Positions 19,530-30,072 of a stretch of DNA of 64,000 nt are shown here, in pieces; the stretch's first letter is position 1; every line of letters starts with the position of its first letter. The position numbers and the translations under genes were made by a program. Source of the DNA: Ignavibacteriota bacterium (GTDB lineage: Bacteria; Bacteroidota; Ignavibacteria; UBA10030; UBA6906); contig CAWDEM010000008.1 of assembly GCA_963801355.1 (NCBI GenBank), positions 2,048,001 to 2,112,000 of the forward strand, given 5' to 3'. Below the pieces are notes generated by a model, which saw only the letters and a program-made list of their open reading frames with translations, did not search any database and was not told the origin of the DNA.

Positions 19530-20677
19530 TCTCCCCGCGCGCACTTCTCCACCGCCCGCCACACCCTGAAGACATTTCCCGAACACACCTTTTCGATCTG
19601 TTCCCGGGTGTACCCCATCTTCAGGAGCTCCGCGATGAGGTTTGGATAGCCGGAGACGTCCTTCAGGCCGGTCGGCAGGTCGTCTCCCAGGCCGTCAAAA
19701 TCCGAACCGATGCCCACGTGATCGATGCCGACAAGACGGGCCACATAGTCGATGTGCTCCGCCACATTTTTCACATCCGCATAGCGCCGCGGCGTTCCCT
19801 TGGATGTGCTGTCATTAACTGTTCGCAAGCTGTCGACGAGGAACATTGAACCGAAATTGATGTCGATGACCCCACCGTTGGCAGCGAGAGCACGGAGGAG
19901 GTCGTCGCTCATATTCCGTTCGAAGCCCGGTGTGAAATAGCGGCACGCTGAATGGGTGGCAAGTACCGGCGCGCGGGAGAGCCGGAGCACATCAAATGCC
20001 GCGCTGTCCGAAAGATGGGAAATATCGATCATCATCCCGACGCGGTTCATTTCGGCGACGAGACGTTTGCCGAACGGGCTGAGTCCGTTCCAGGGGCGCG
20101 TTGTGTCCCACGAAGCGTCGCCGATGTGATTTGCGTGGACATGGGTCAGCGTGATATACCGGACGCCCCGATCATGGAACAGCTGCACATTGCTCAGGTC
20201 CCCCTCAAGCGGCGCACCGTTCTCGATACCCAGGGCGATCGCCACCTGTCCGCGTTTCCGGGCCGGGGCGATTTCACCGGCAGTGCGCACCAGGGCAAAG
20301 CGATCCGGTCGCCGGGCTACGAGCTGCTCGATACCCGCGATGGATTTCTCCGCGAATTCCTTCGCGCCTCCGTTGGTTTCGTAGGAATGCGGGACGTACA
20401 CTGCAAAGAAGGCACAGTCCAATCCGCCTTCCATGGCGCGGGGATAATCGAAACAAGTGGTGTCCGTCCGTTCCGCCACATCCACCGACCGCCCGAGCAG
20501 GCGGTACGGAACATCAAGATGCGTATCCACAATGACGAGCTCGTGCGCCAGGCGTTCAGCCTCATCATGCACTGCACGATCGTTCGTCATCCTGACCTCT
20601 CCGCAACCACTGCAGGAGAGTGCTCCAATCACGACGCACCAGCCCGCGATGGGCATCCATTTCGGCATACGCATCAT
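19526..20677 (-). CDS. Membrane dipeptidase (peptidase M19), probable lipoprotein
   Basis: DTHLD, GIENG, YITLTH, IDISH, ATHS, GSDFDG; lipobox-like LSC/SGC. Confidence 0.92.
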   Translation of the reverse strand: MMRMPKWMPIAGWCVVIGALSCSGCGEVRMTNDRAVHDEAERLAHELVIVDTHLDVPYRLLGRSVDVAERTDTTCFDYPRAMEGGLDCAFFAVYVPHSYETNGGAKEFAEKSIAGIEQLVARRPDRFALVRTAGEIAPARKRGQVAIALGIENGAPLEGDLSNVQLFHDRGVRYITLTHVHANHIGDASWDTTRPWNGLSPFGKRLVAEMNRVGMMIDISHLSDSAAFDVLRLSRAPVLATHSACRYFTPGFERNMSDDLLRALAANGGVIDINFGSMFLVDSLRTVNDSTSKGTPRRYADVKNVAEHIDYVARLVGIDHVGIGSDFDGLGDDLPTGLKDVSGYPNLIAELLKMGYTREQIEKVCSGNVFRVWRAVEKCARGE

Positions 20678-21684
20678 GCACTCCCTCCTTGCATCCCCCC
20701 TGTCATTGCAGCATCCAGGACCAGTTGATTCGCCAGTCCGTTTTCACCCGGACTCTCGAGTTCGCTGCCTTCCAGTACCGCCCTGGTAAAATGCCGCACT
20801 TCTTCGGTCACGAGATTAGGGATTGAAAACGTCTTGGCGATGGTCTCCGGATGCGCATCGGTCCCGAGCGTCATCGTCATGACAGTGTCATGACCGCCGG
20901 AGCTGAAATCCCCCACCCTGATCAACCCTTGTGTTCCGATGATTTCCAGCTGTTTATCGCGCATGGAGGAGGAATAGGAACAGAACACCGTCCCGATCGT
21001 GCCGCGTGAGAATTTGAGCCCGATCAATGCGCTCTCTTCGGTCTCCTCCGGTGTCGGGGAGGGCGAGAGGACACTGCGGACGGACACGACGTCGTCTTCA
21101 AGAAGGAACCGGAGAGTATCTAGACAATGGACCCCGATATCGAACACCGGTCCCCCACCCGCAATCGCCCGCTTATGCAGCCATCCGCGACGGCTCTTGC
21201 GCCCGTCATACACAAAATCAGCACGGGCATACGCGATAGAACCGAGGACGCCCGAACGAATGAGGTTGCGGATGTGCCGGATCAGGGGAGAGAAGCGTAC
21301 CAGATGGCCCACCATGAGACGCACACCAGCGATCCGGCATGCCTCGATCATCTGTCCCGCCTCTCGCACGTTGAGCGCCATCGGTTTTTCCACCAGGACG
21401 TGTTTGCCTGCCTTCGCGGCGGTGAGGGTTTCCGGGCAGTGAGCAGCATTTGCAGAGACGATGAATACGGCGTCCACATCAGGGTGGGCCACAAGCTCTT
21501 CCGCCGAGGAAAACGACAGCCGGACGCCGTGCGTCCGTGCTTTTGCCGCAGCCTCGGCGGGGGATCGTTTCTGCAGGGCAACCACCTCGACATTGTCCGC
21601 AGCGCGCATCGCGGGAAGCACGGCACGCTCCGCAAATTCGCCGAAGCCTATGATGCCAAAGCGCAGTCTGCGCGAAGAAGTCAT
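20674..21684 (-). CDS. Gfo/Idh/MocA family oxidoreductase
   Basis: GIIGFG, HVLVEKPMA, GGGPVFDIGVH; start 21684 has GGAGG and an ATGA overlap. Confidence 0.92.
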   Translation of the reverse strand: MTSSRRLRFGIIGFGEFAERAVLPAMRAADNVEVVALQKRSPAEAAAKARTHGVRLSFSSAEELVAHPDVDAVFIVSANAAHCPETLTAAKAGKHVLVEKPMALNVREAGQMIEACRIAGVRLMVGHLVRFSPLIRHIRNLIRSGVLGSIAYARADFVYDGRKSRRGWLHKRAIAGGGPVFDIGVHCLDTLRFLLEDDVVSVRSVLSPSPTPEETEESALIGLKFSRGTIGTVFCSYSSSMRDKQLEIIGTQGLIRVGDFSSGGHDTVMTMTLGTDAHPETIAKTFSIPNLVTEEVRHFTRAVLEGSELESPGENGLANQLVLDAAMTGGMQGGSA

Positions 21685-22985
21685 TGCGACCTCCGCCATC
21701 CATACATGATCAACGCAACGGTTGCCACGGCTCCTATGCCGGCGAAGTAGTACCAGATGTAATGCGCATGATCGTAGGCATGGACCATCTGTTCCGGCGT
21801 CAATGTCCGGGGATCAGGACAGTATGCGTTGAGAAGGTAGCCGGAGACGGCAAAGCCGATGATGGCGGCGAAGAACGTATGAAGATGCGCAAAACCCAGG
21901 TACAACCCCTCCTGTCCGCGCGGCGCCTGCTTCGAAAAGAACTCCAGGTACCGTGGCGATATGAAACACTCCGCAAGCCCCTGCACCGTGATACCGATGA
22001 CGAGCATCACCGTGATGGGATGCGCCTTGATGAAGCCCGCAATCACCATCTCTTCCCCGCTCCACCCCTCAATCACTCCCCCCATCGACATGCAGAGGGC
22101 TGAGAGCGGCATGAGCGCCATACCGACAATCATCGACGTCAGGGCGCTGGTCTTCTTCATCAGATGTGTCACCAGCATAACTGTTGTGACAACGACGAAT
22201 GGATTGACGTTGGCAATCCATTCCGGGGCAGCTGTCGGCCCGACAGTGCGGAGCACGTACTTCGGCATCGTGGCGTACATCTGCTGCTGGATCACCCAGA
22301 ACCCCGTGACAATCAGGATAAGCACAAGCAGGCGACCATTGGTGACCACGTCACGGAACCCGATCCACACCTCGCGGAGCGTCTTCGTACGGTCGGTAGC
22401 GTCGACCTGTTTGTAGAAGATCGCAACGGCGATGAGCGCCACAAACGTTAATCCTGCCGCATACAGGTTGATCGTTTCCAGGCCCATGTAGATCCGGAGG
22501 GGATAGGCAATGGCTTTGCCGGAAAATGCCCCGATATTCACCATCCCGTAGAAAATGGAATACGCACGGGCACGGGAGTGCTCATCGGTTGTTTTGGCGA
22601 CCGTTCCCGTGATGATTGATTTGATGAACGACCCGCCGATCATTGTGACAACGAGGGCGGGTATGACCGTCTCCTTGTAGGGGAACAATCCAAGCGTGGA
22701 GTAACCTATCGTCAGCAGGGAAAACGCCACCAGCATTGCACGGCGGAAACCCATGGTATCCGCGAGGGCACCGCTGAAAGGGGGGAGCAGATAGAGGCCT
22801 CCCGCAAAAAGTCCGCCGATCCAGGCCGCATTGATGTCGCTGAAACCCACGACATTGGTGAGATAGAGCGTCAACGCAACGAACATCCCGTAGTATGCCG
22901 CCCGCTCCAGCAACTCGACGATGTTGGCGGTCCAGAACGCGCGCGGGAAATGCCATGAGTGCGCAGAAGCCAAGGAGGTCCTCAT
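21681..22985 (-). CDS. MFS transporter, POT/PTR peptide transporter-like
   Basis: ExxER motif ELLERAAYYG, FYGMVNIGAFSG, about 12 TM segments. Confidence 0.88.
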   Translation of the reverse strand: MRTSLASAHSWHFPRAFWTANIVELLERAAYYGMFVALTLYLTNVVGFSDINAAWIGGLFAGGLYLLPPFSGALADTMGFRRAMLVAFSLLTIGYSTLGLFPYKETVIPALVVTMIGGSFIKSIITGTVAKTTDEHSRARAYSIFYGMVNIGAFSGKAIAYPLRIYMGLETINLYAAGLTFVALIAVAIFYKQVDATDRTKTLREVWIGFRDVVTNGRLLVLILIVTGFWVIQQQMYATMPKYVLRTVGPTAAPEWIANVNPFVVVTTVMLVTHLMKKTSALTSMIVGMALMPLSALCMSMGGVIEGWSGEEMVIAGFIKAHPITVMLVIGITVQGLAECFISPRYLEFFSKQAPRGQEGLYLGFAHLHTFFAAIIGFAVSGYLLNAYCPDPRTLTPEQMVHAYDHAHYIWYYFAGIGAVATVALIMYGWRRSQ

Positions 22986-23065
22986 GAATCACACGATGAT
23001 GATATGCAAACGGGGCGGCAAGAAAGATCGCCGCCCCGTACAGGATCAGGGTGTCCGATACGCTG

Positions 23066-23560
23066 CTACTCTTTTCCCCTCGCACGAAGGTGCCGGTCGA
23101 CCATGAGCAATGCCGGGCCGGACTCGCCGGACATTTTCAGCAGCTCGACGATTTCCGAGGCGTTCTTCTCCTCCTCGACTTGCTCTTTGATGAACCACTG
23201 GAGCTCGATCTGCGATGCAACATCTTGCTCTTTTGTGGAAGCTTTATACAGGTCGTTGATCAGCGCCGTTACTTTTTGTTCATGTGCGTAGACCTGCTGG
23301 AAGATTCCCAGGAGATTCGAAAACTTTGTGACGGGCTTTTCAATCGCCTGCAGGGTGACGCGGCCGCCCCGTTCGTAGACGTACTTGAACAGCTTCATTG
23401 CGTGCGAGAGTTCTTCCTGCCATTGCGCCTGGAGCCAATGCGCCGCGCCCGGAAGATTCACCGCCTCACAATGGGCGGACATGGAAAGATAAAGATACGC
23501 AGACTCGATCTCGTTGCGAATCTGCTCGTTGAACGCATCCTGTAGGGTTTTACTGAGCAT
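23066..23560 (-). CDS. ftnA: Non-heme ferritin
   Basis: [38 protein letters not shown] ferroxidase residues. Confidence 0.93.
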   Translation of the reverse strand: MLSKTLQDAFNEQIRNEIESAYLYLSMSAHCEAVNLPGAAHWLQAQWQEELSHAMKLFKYVYERGGRVTLQAIEKPVTKFSNLLGIFQQVYAHEQKVTALINDLYKASTKEQDVASQIELQWFIKEQVEEEKNASEIVELLKMSGESGPALLMVDRHLRARGKE

Positions 23561-23596
23561 GGGTGCTGTCCTTTTGACTGGTTATGGAAGTGTTTA

Positions 23597-23625
23597 AAGC
23601 TACCAACTGCGGCACCTAAAGTCAA
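23597..23625 (-). promoter_or_regulatory. sigma70 promoter TTGACT-17-TAGCTT of the ferritin gene
   Basis: -35 at 23625-23620, -10 at 23602-23597 with a TGn extension. Confidence 0.6.
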
Positions 23626-23648
23626 TGAAATCATCAACATTCTCGGGT

Positions 23649-23677
23649 TTGCACCATCGCCCCGACGTGCGTATCTT
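23649..23677 (+). promoter_or_regulatory. sigma70 promoter TTGCAC-17-TATCTT of the M1 peptidase gene
   Basis: -35 at 23649-23654, -10 at 23672-23677, ATG 10 nt downstream. Confidence 0.55.
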
Positions 23678-23687
23678 AAACCATTCC

Positions 23688-25652
23688 ATGCGATGGTCAT
23701 TTATCATATTCATTGCCGGCCTGCAGTGGGGACTTGCCCAGAGTCCCCCCGAAACCCTTTCGGCCGTGCAGACAGACGGATGTGCGGCCAAACTGCGCGG
23801 TCGCACGCCAACGCACCAGGCCTCCGCCGCAGATTTGTCGGTGGATGCTCTCTACTACCGCCTCGATCTCCGCCTGGACATCCCCCCGGCAATCCTCCGG
23901 GGCGACGTCACGGTTCGTGTACGCGTGGTGGCCGACAGCGCCTCGGCCCTGCTTCTCGATCTCTCGGAGAGCATGACCGTCGACGCAGTGCGGTCGAATG
24001 GTCAACTCCTGTCCATCACCCGGCATCCACAAAGCTTCCTGATCCAACTCCCGCGGTTCTTTTCCAGAGGGGAAGTCATCACTGTGGAAATCGCTTACCA
24101 CGGCACGCCCGATCCCACCGGGTTCGGAAGCTTTGTCTTCGGATCACTCCCCGGCGGCCCCTGGATCTGGTCGCTGAGCGAACCCTATGGAGCCCGGGAT
24201 TGGTGGCCCTGCAGGGACCATCCCCTTGACAAGGCGGACTCTGTGGATATTCTGGTCACCTGTCCGTCAGGGCTGCGGGTCGGTTCGAACGGCAAACTGA
24301 TGGAGGTGCGCGAGAACGGTGACGGCACTGCCACACATTTCTGGGCAGAACGCTATCCGATCGCAACCTATCTTGTGTCGATTGCCGTCTGCAACTATGC
24401 GGCGTTCTCGAATTGGTTTTTCTACGCTCCTTCGGACTCCATGGAGATCCTCAATTACGTGCTCCCCGAGCACCTTTCCCTCGCCCGTGAACAGCTCCCC
24501 AAAACTGTCGATATGTTGCGCGTGTTTTCCACACTCTTCGGACCCTATCCGTTTTTGAAGGAAAAATACGGGCATAGTGAGTTCGGCCGCGGGGGCGCAA
24601 TGGAGCATCAGACCATGACCTCCACGACAACATTCGATGAGGATGTCGTCGCGCACGAGCTTGCACATCAGTGGTTCGGCGACCTCATCACCTGTGCGAC
24701 CTGGCAGGACCTCTGGCTCAATGAGGGGTTCGCCACCTACTCTGAGTCGCTCTATCGCGAAGCCCGCTACGGGTCTTCCGAGTACCGGCGGCTCATCGGC
24801 GATCGCATGGCGAGCGCAAAGAACGCAAAGGGATCGCTGTTCAAAACAGATACTTCCTCCGTGTCCGCCCTGTTTGCCGTGACAGGCGTGTATGCCAAAG
24901 GCGCCTCCGTGTTGCATATGCTCCGGCATGTCGTCGGCGATTCCGGGTTCTTCCGCATCCTCAAGGCCTATGTCGCCGACACACGCTTCCGGTATGGCAC
25001 AGCCTCCACTGCAGATTTCCAGAGTGTATGCGAATCGGTTGCCGGAAGATCCCTCGGATGGTTCTTCGGACAATGGGTCTACGGTGAATCTTTTCCGCGG
25101 TATACGCTGCGGTGGTCCGCAACCGGCTCCAGCGATAGCAGTCTCGTGACGGCCACGATACGTCAGACACCGTTGGCTTCATCCCCCGCATATTTTCAAA
25201 TGCCGGTTGACATCCGGTTCAGCGGCACCGGCAGTGACACGACAGTTACCGTATTCAACTCGAACGCCGAGGAGACGTTTGAATTTCGCCTTCCCTTCAA
25301 GCCCACCCGGGCTGATCTCGATCCGGACAACTGGATACTGCGAGAAGTTCTCGACCCCGAACCTCTCCTTCCGCTGACTGCCCAGCTTGACCAGAACTAT
25401 CCCAATCCTTTCAACGCGGGGACTACCATTACTGTCCGTCTTCCCGGCAGGACGCATGCCGCCGTGCGCATCTATGATCTCCTCGGCCGACGGATCGCCA
25501 CCCTTTCCGAGGGGACACAAGAACCGGGAACCCATCCTTTGTATTGGAAGGGCACCGACGAGACAGGGCGCCACATGGCGAGCGGATCCTATTATGTGCG
25601 CCTGGAGACAACCGAAACCACCATTGCACGTCGACTACTACTTCTCCGTTGA
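23688..25652 (+). CDS. M1 family aminopeptidase with T9SS/FlgD-Ig C-terminal sorting domain
   Basis: GAMEHQT, HELAHQWFG...WLNEGFATY, YAKGA; C-terminal QNYPNPFN...SGSYYVRL...RRLLLLR. Confidence 0.92.
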   Translation: MRWSFIIFIAGLQWGLAQSPPETLSAVQTDGCAAKLRGRTPTHQASAADLSVDALYYRLDLRLDIPPAILRGDVTVRVRVVADSASALLLDLSESMTVDAVRSNGQLLSITRHPQSFLIQLPRFFSRGEVITVEIAYHGTPDPTGFGSFVFGSLPGGPWIWSLSEPYGARDWWPCRDHPLDKADSVDILVTCPSGLRVGSNGKLMEVRENGDGTATHFWAERYPIATYLVSIAVCNYAAFSNWFFYAPSDSMEILNYVLPEHLSLAREQLPKTVDMLRVFSTLFGPYPFLKEKYGHSEFGRGGAMEHQTMTSTTTFDEDVVAHELAHQWFGDLITCATWQDLWLNEGFATYSESLYREARYGSSEYRRLIGDRMASAKNAKGSLFKTDTSSVSALFAVTGVYAKGASVLHMLRHVVGDSGFFRILKAYVADTRFRYGTASTADFQSVCESVAGRSLGWFFGQWVYGESFPRYTLRWSATGSSDSSLVTATIRQTPLASSPAYFQMPVDIRFSGTGSDTTVTVFNSNAEETFEFRLPFKPTRADLDPDNWILREVLDPEPLLPLTAQLDQNYPNPFNAGTTITVRLPGRTHAAVRIYDLLGRRIATLSEGTQEPGTHPLYWKGTDETGRHMASGSYYVRLETTETTIARRLLLLR

Positions 25653-25658
25653 GCCACT

Positions 25659-26456
25659 ATGACATCCTCACGCGGGACCGCATTCATTACAGGTGCCTCA
25701 TCCGGCATCGGGAAGGCCTTCGCCCAGCGGCTGGCGCGCGACGGCTATGATCTCATTCTTCATGGCCGTCGCGAGCCGCAACTCAAGGCCCTGTGCGAAG
25801 ACCTGCGGACACGCTACGGGGGAAACATCGAGTATGTCATCGCCGAGCTTTCCCATCCCGCGGAATTGCGGCAGCTGGAAGACCGGCTGCGTGCCATCCC
25901 AGATCTCATGCTGCTCGTGAACAATGCCGGGTTTGGAACGAAGCATACATTCGAAGATGAGGAAGTCGGCGTGCTGGACGCAATGATCCAGACGCACATT
26001 ACTGCGCCTGTCAGGCTGATACACGCCGCGCTCCCCCGCATGCTGGAACGCCGCAAAGGCGCGATCATTAATGTCTCGTCCGTGGCGGGTTTCCTGAACT
26101 CGCCGGGAAGCGTGTACACCGGCACCAAGGCCGCGTTGACAAACTTCTCAGAGTCGCTGGATCTTCAGACGCGCAGCAGGGGCGTACGGGTCCAGGCCCT
26201 GTGTCCGGGCTTTACGCGTTCGGAGTTTCACGAGCGGATGGGAGTGGAGATTTCGGAAGAGTTCTTCAAACACTTCATGAACGCGGAAGAGGTCGTGGAC
26301 GCATCATTGAAGGCTCTGAAGCGGGGTCAGGTGGTGTGCATCCCCGGGCTCCGGTACAAATTCGCTGCAGCGGTCCCGCGGTTTCTGCCGAGAAAGGTGA
26401 TGTACGGGTTGACGTACGTGTACAGAAGGCTCAAAGGACAGAGGCAAGGGGTGTAG
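25659..26456 (+). CDS. SDR family oxidoreductase
   Basis: TGASSGIG, NNAG, catalytic S...YTGTK. Confidence 0.93.
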   Translation: MTSSRGTAFITGASSGIGKAFAQRLARDGYDLILHGRREPQLKALCEDLRTRYGGNIEYVIAELSHPAELRQLEDRLRAIPDLMLLVNNAGFGTKHTFEDEEVGVLDAMIQTHITAPVRLIHAALPRMLERRKGAIINVSSVAGFLNSPGSVYTGTKAALTNFSESLDLQTRSRGVRVQALCPGFTRSEFHERMGVEISEEFFKHFMNAEEVVDASLKALKRGQVVCIPGLRYKFAAAVPRFLPRKVMYGLTYVYRRLKGQRQGV

Positions 26457-26460
26457 GAAC

Positions 26461-26501
26461 CAATTGACAATTGTGGACCCACAATCCACAATTGTCAATT
26501 G
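26461..26501. repeat. Perfect 17-bp inverted repeat built from CAATTG(A/T) heptamers
   Basis: CAATTGACAATTGTGGA - CCCACAA - TCCACAATTGTCAATTG. Confidence 0.85.
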
Positions 26502-26530
26502 AAAGAAAGGCATGACTCCCTTCATGCCTT
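26501..26530 (-). terminator. Intrinsic terminator of the M16 operon
   Basis: AAGGCATGA / TCATGCCTT 9-bp stem followed on the minus strand by TCTTTC. Confidence 0.6.
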
Positions 26531-26577
26531 CCCTCTGTTCGTTCGAAGAAGCAACCTCCATACGGGACGTGCGCCCA

Positions 26578-28647
26578 TCATTTCGCCGGCTTGGCGAACA
26601 GTGTGTCGCCCACCCCCGCGTTCACCTCGCACTTGTCCAGCGTAAACGTGATGACCTGCCCCATCACGCTCTGCTCCATCTTTGTGGGCATCTGGACTCC
26701 GCCGAAGGTTTTGTAATCGAGGAGGTCCGTGGACTGTTCCATCGGACCGCGCGGCGTTGTGCTGACTGACACTTCGCGAAGCTTCAGAAAGTCCTTCGCA
26801 TCGAAATAGTGCCGCAATGTCGGACCGGAGGCACCCGTGAATGTCACTTCATAGGCCTCCCTGCCTTTGATCTCCTTCACTCCGGTGACTTCGGCGGCGA
26901 ACCCGAGAGACTTGTATGCCGAGTAGAAGTCCATTACTGCGTCGGGCTTCTTGGCTTCCGTCTGCTCGGGCGTCAGGTCCTTGATCCCCTGCGGTGTCCC
27001 GGTCCACCCCGACTTCCCGTCAAAGCCGGCGCGCTGGACCATCCCCATCATGTTCATTTCCTCATAGAGCTTGTCCGGGGCCTTCTGGACCGTTTTCACC
27101 TTCATCTCCATGCCCTGGATCTTGCCGCTCATCTCCAGTGTCTTGTCCTTGATCGCCGCATAGGCCTCTTTGCCGCCCACGCGGCTGACATACTTTGCGA
27201 AGATCTCATCAGGTGTCAACGTGATCGACCCGGCCGGTCTCTCCACCACCTTCTTCCCTTCTTCGTCATACATCGTGACCGCGCCGAACTTTCCCACCTT
27301 GTCACGGACATCCTTCGCAGCCCCGACCACCGCGACAAGCATATGATCGGGATCCAGGTACTGCCGGGCGACACGCCGGACATCCTGGGTGGTGACTGCA
27401 GCAAGGCGTTTGAGATAGGTCTTGAAGTGGTCCCGCGGAAGCCCGAAGCGTTCCACATCAATGGCGTAGGACGCGACCGTGTTCGGTGACTCGAGACTTG
27501 CGACAAAGGCCCCGCTGAGTGCATTTTTTGCACGTTCGAGCTCGGCAGCGTCTACATCTTCATCACGGATGCGCTTGAGTTCATAGAAGATTTCGTTGAG
27601 TGCGCTGTCCGTGACGCTGTTCCGCACCGAAGTGGACGCGGTGAATGCTCCGATGAGTTCGTCCGGGCCCAGGGCACTGTACGCGCCATACGTGTACGAA
27701 TGTCTCTCCCGCAGATTCATGAAGAGGCGGGCGGTACCGCCTCCCAGAACGCGGTTCATCACCGTGACCGGCATGACATCCGGCGATGTCCGGAGGAGTT
27801 TCACTCCCTGGGCAACGCGGATGACGGATTGCACGGAACCCGGACGATCGACCAGAGCAACCTGGAGTGACGGAAGCGGCCGCACTTCCGGATACGTCGT
27901 CACCGGCAACGTCCCCTTCTTCCAGCTCCCGAAGTACTTCTTGACGAGCTTGAGTGCGGTGTTTTTCTCGACATCACCCACGACAGCGAGAATAACCCGG
28001 TTTGGCTTGAAGTAGGCATTATACAAGTCGAGGCACTTTCCCCGCGTGATCTTGCCAACGGTCTCCTCGGTCTGGATCTCACCGTACGGATGAGCATCGC
28101 CATACAATACTCTCTTCCGAACGACATCCACGACGGCATCAGGTTCTGACTTGCGTGCCTTGAGACCCGATTGTGTCTGCATCACGACCCGCTCCAGCTC
28201 ACTCTGCGGAAATGTGGGATGGAGCGTGATATCCGCAAGCAGTTCCAGCAATTTTTCCGTGTGACGGGAGAGGCCGGAGGCAAAGAGCGCCGTGCCGCCC
28301 ACGCCGAGTGATCCGCCGATCTGATCGATCTGCTCATCGATCTGATCCTTTGTGCGCCCGGCGGTCCCGCATTTCATGACTTCACCCATCACGTCCACAA
28401 CGCCGGCAACCTCGCCCTCGAAGATCGGTTTCCTGTCAATCAGCAGTCTGATAGCCACCGTGGGCAGTTCGGTGTTGCGGACGACGATCACACGCATCCC
28501 GTTAGCCGTGGTCACCAGGTCGTAATCGGGGAACGACACCGCGGGGGGCGGTCCCGGAGGCGGCATCTTGCTCCGGTCCAGCTGTGCCTCTGTATGCTGC
28601 GCCAGCAACAGCGCGCAGCCGACGAGTACCATCAATGTCCGTTTCAT
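26578..28647 (-). CDS. M16B peptidase non-catalytic subunit with a C-terminal beta-rich extension
   Basis: M16 fold without HXXEH; R/Y motif NLRERHSYTYGAYS; about 220-aa tail YVSRVGG...DYKTFGGVQMP. Confidence 0.85.
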   Translation of the reverse strand: MKRTLMVLVGCALLLAQHTEAQLDRSKMPPPGPPPAVSFPDYDLVTTANGMRVIVVRNTELPTVAIRLLIDRKPIFEGEVAGVVDVMGEVMKCGTAGRTKDQIDEQIDQIGGSLGVGGTALFASGLSRHTEKLLELLADITLHPTFPQSELERVVMQTQSGLKARKSEPDAVVDVVRKRVLYGDAHPYGEIQTEETVGKITRGKCLDLYNAYFKPNRVILAVVGDVEKNTALKLVKKYFGSWKKGTLPVTTYPEVRPLPSLQVALVDRPGSVQSVIRVAQGVKLLRTSPDVMPVTVMNRVLGGGTARLFMNLRERHSYTYGAYSALGPDELIGAFTASTSVRNSVTDSALNEIFYELKRIRDEDVDAAELERAKNALSGAFVASLESPNTVASYAIDVERFGLPRDHFKTYLKRLAAVTTQDVRRVARQYLDPDHMLVAVVGAAKDVRDKVGKFGAVTMYDEEGKKVVERPAGSITLTPDEIFAKYVSRVGGKEAYAAIKDKTLEMSGKIQGMEMKVKTVQKAPDKLYEEMNMMGMVQRAGFDGKSGWTGTPQGIKDLTPEQTEAKKPDAVMDFYSAYKSLGFAAEVTGVKEIKGREAYEVTFTGASGPTLRHYFDAKDFLKLREVSVSTTPRGPMEQSTDLLDYKTFGGVQMPTKMEQSVMGQVITFTLDKCEVNAGVGDTLFAKPAK

Positions 28648-28665
28648 GGTCGTGGCTCCTTTCTG

Positions 28666-29985
28666 TTACTGGTTTTCTGTTTTAGGGACGTAGTACAACA
28701 CCGTGCGGTTTTCGTTTTTCAGATACTGCCGCGCGACACGCCGCAGGTCCTCGCGGGTGACTTCCTTGTACTTCGCAATTTCGGTGTTGATGAGGTTCGC
28801 GTCGCCAAGAAAGAGGTGATAGTCCGCAAGCTGCATCGCTTTCCCCTGGACGGTCGAATTCTTCCGAATGAAACCGGTCTCGCGTTGATTTCTGATCTTG
28901 GTGAATTCGACATCGGTGATGAGATCCTTCTGCAGGCGTTCGATTTCCTCCTGCATGACTTTCTCCACCTGTGCGGGCGTCTTGCCGAAACCCGCGATGG
29001 CGAGTGCAATGAAGAGACTGGGATCTTCCAGAGGAAGCGGGATGCTCTCCACCGCGACCGCAAGTTTCTCCTTGTCTACCAGACGTTTCGTCAAACGGGA
29101 GCTTTCGCCGTCGGACAAGAGTGTCGTCAGCATGCTCAGGGCGTAGTAATCCTTAGTCCCCTGTGCCGGCATGTGGTACGCCATGATGACCGCCGGAAGC
29201 TGGATATTGTCGGGGACGCTGTCGCGCACTTCCGCCGACTGAGGAGGTTCGACCTCGGTGGGCCGGAAGATCTCACCGGCACCCCGGGGAATCTCACCGT
29301 AGTACTTCAGGATGAGCGCTCTCGTCTTCACAACATCGATATCCCCTGCGATCGCAAGACAGGCATTGTTCGGCACATAGAAACTCTTGTAGAACTTCTG
29401 GAATTCGTCGATCGATGCGCGATCAATATACTGCGCCGATCCGACCGGTGTCCAGCGGTACGGATGCACCTTGAATGCGTGAGACATCGTTTTCTCAAGT
29501 ATGGAACCGTACGGTCTGTTCTCCAGAATCTGCTTCCGCTCTTCCTTGACAACTCCACGCTGGGTCTCGACGCCCACCGAATCGATCTTCAGCTGAAGCA
29601 TTCGCTCCGATTCCAGCCACATCGCGAGCTCGAGCTGGTTCGACGGAAGTGAAATGTAGTATTCGGTCTTGTCGAAACTTGTGCCGGCATTCAGGTTGCC
29701 TCCGGCATTCTGGACAATTTTCTGGAATTCTCCTCGGGGAATATTCGGAGACCCTTCAAACATGAGGTGTTCGAAGAAATGAGCGAACCCGGTGCGGTCC
29801 GGTTGTTCGTTCTTTGACCCGACGTGGTACGCAACCACCTGCGACACAATCGGGGCGGAATGATCTTCGTGCAGAATCACATGCAGACCATTCGGGAGTG
29901 TGTACTCCTCAAACTTGATGTTGACCTGCGCCGTTGCGAGCAGCGGCACGACGGTGAGAAACAACAGGAGCCGCAAGCGTTTCAC
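28666..29985 (-). CDS. M16B (pitrilysin-family) zinc peptidase catalytic subunit
   Basis: TGFAHFFEHLMFEGS (HXXEH), LWLESERM-like motif, VKEER; GTG start 29985 follows AAGGA and gives a signal peptide. Confidence 0.93.
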   Translation of the reverse strand: MKRLRLLLFLTVVPLLATAQVNIKFEEYTLPNGLHVILHEDHSAPIVSQVVAYHVGSKNEQPDRTGFAHFFEHLMFEGSPNIPRGEFQKIVQNAGGNLNAGTSFDKTEYYISLPSNQLELAMWLESERMLQLKIDSVGVETQRGVVKEERKQILENRPYGSILEKTMSHAFKVHPYRWTPVGSAQYIDRASIDEFQKFYKSFYVPNNACLAIAGDIDVVKTRALILKYYGEIPRGAGEIFRPTEVEPPQSAEVRDSVPDNIQLPAVIMAYHMPAQGTKDYYALSMLTTLLSDGESSRLTKRLVDKEKLAVAVESIPLPLEDPSLFIALAIAGFGKTPAQVEKVMQEEIERLQKDLITDVEFTKIRNQRETGFIRKNSTVQGKAMQLADYHLFLGDANLINTEIAKYKEVTREDLRRVARQYLKNENRTVLYYVPKTENQ

Positions 29986-30072
29986 GGTCTTGTCCTTGTA
30001 TTGTGGTAGAAGATTCAGAGTCCGGAGAATAGGGTGTGATGCCAGGTAATGCACTGTCGGAACTTCCTCATG

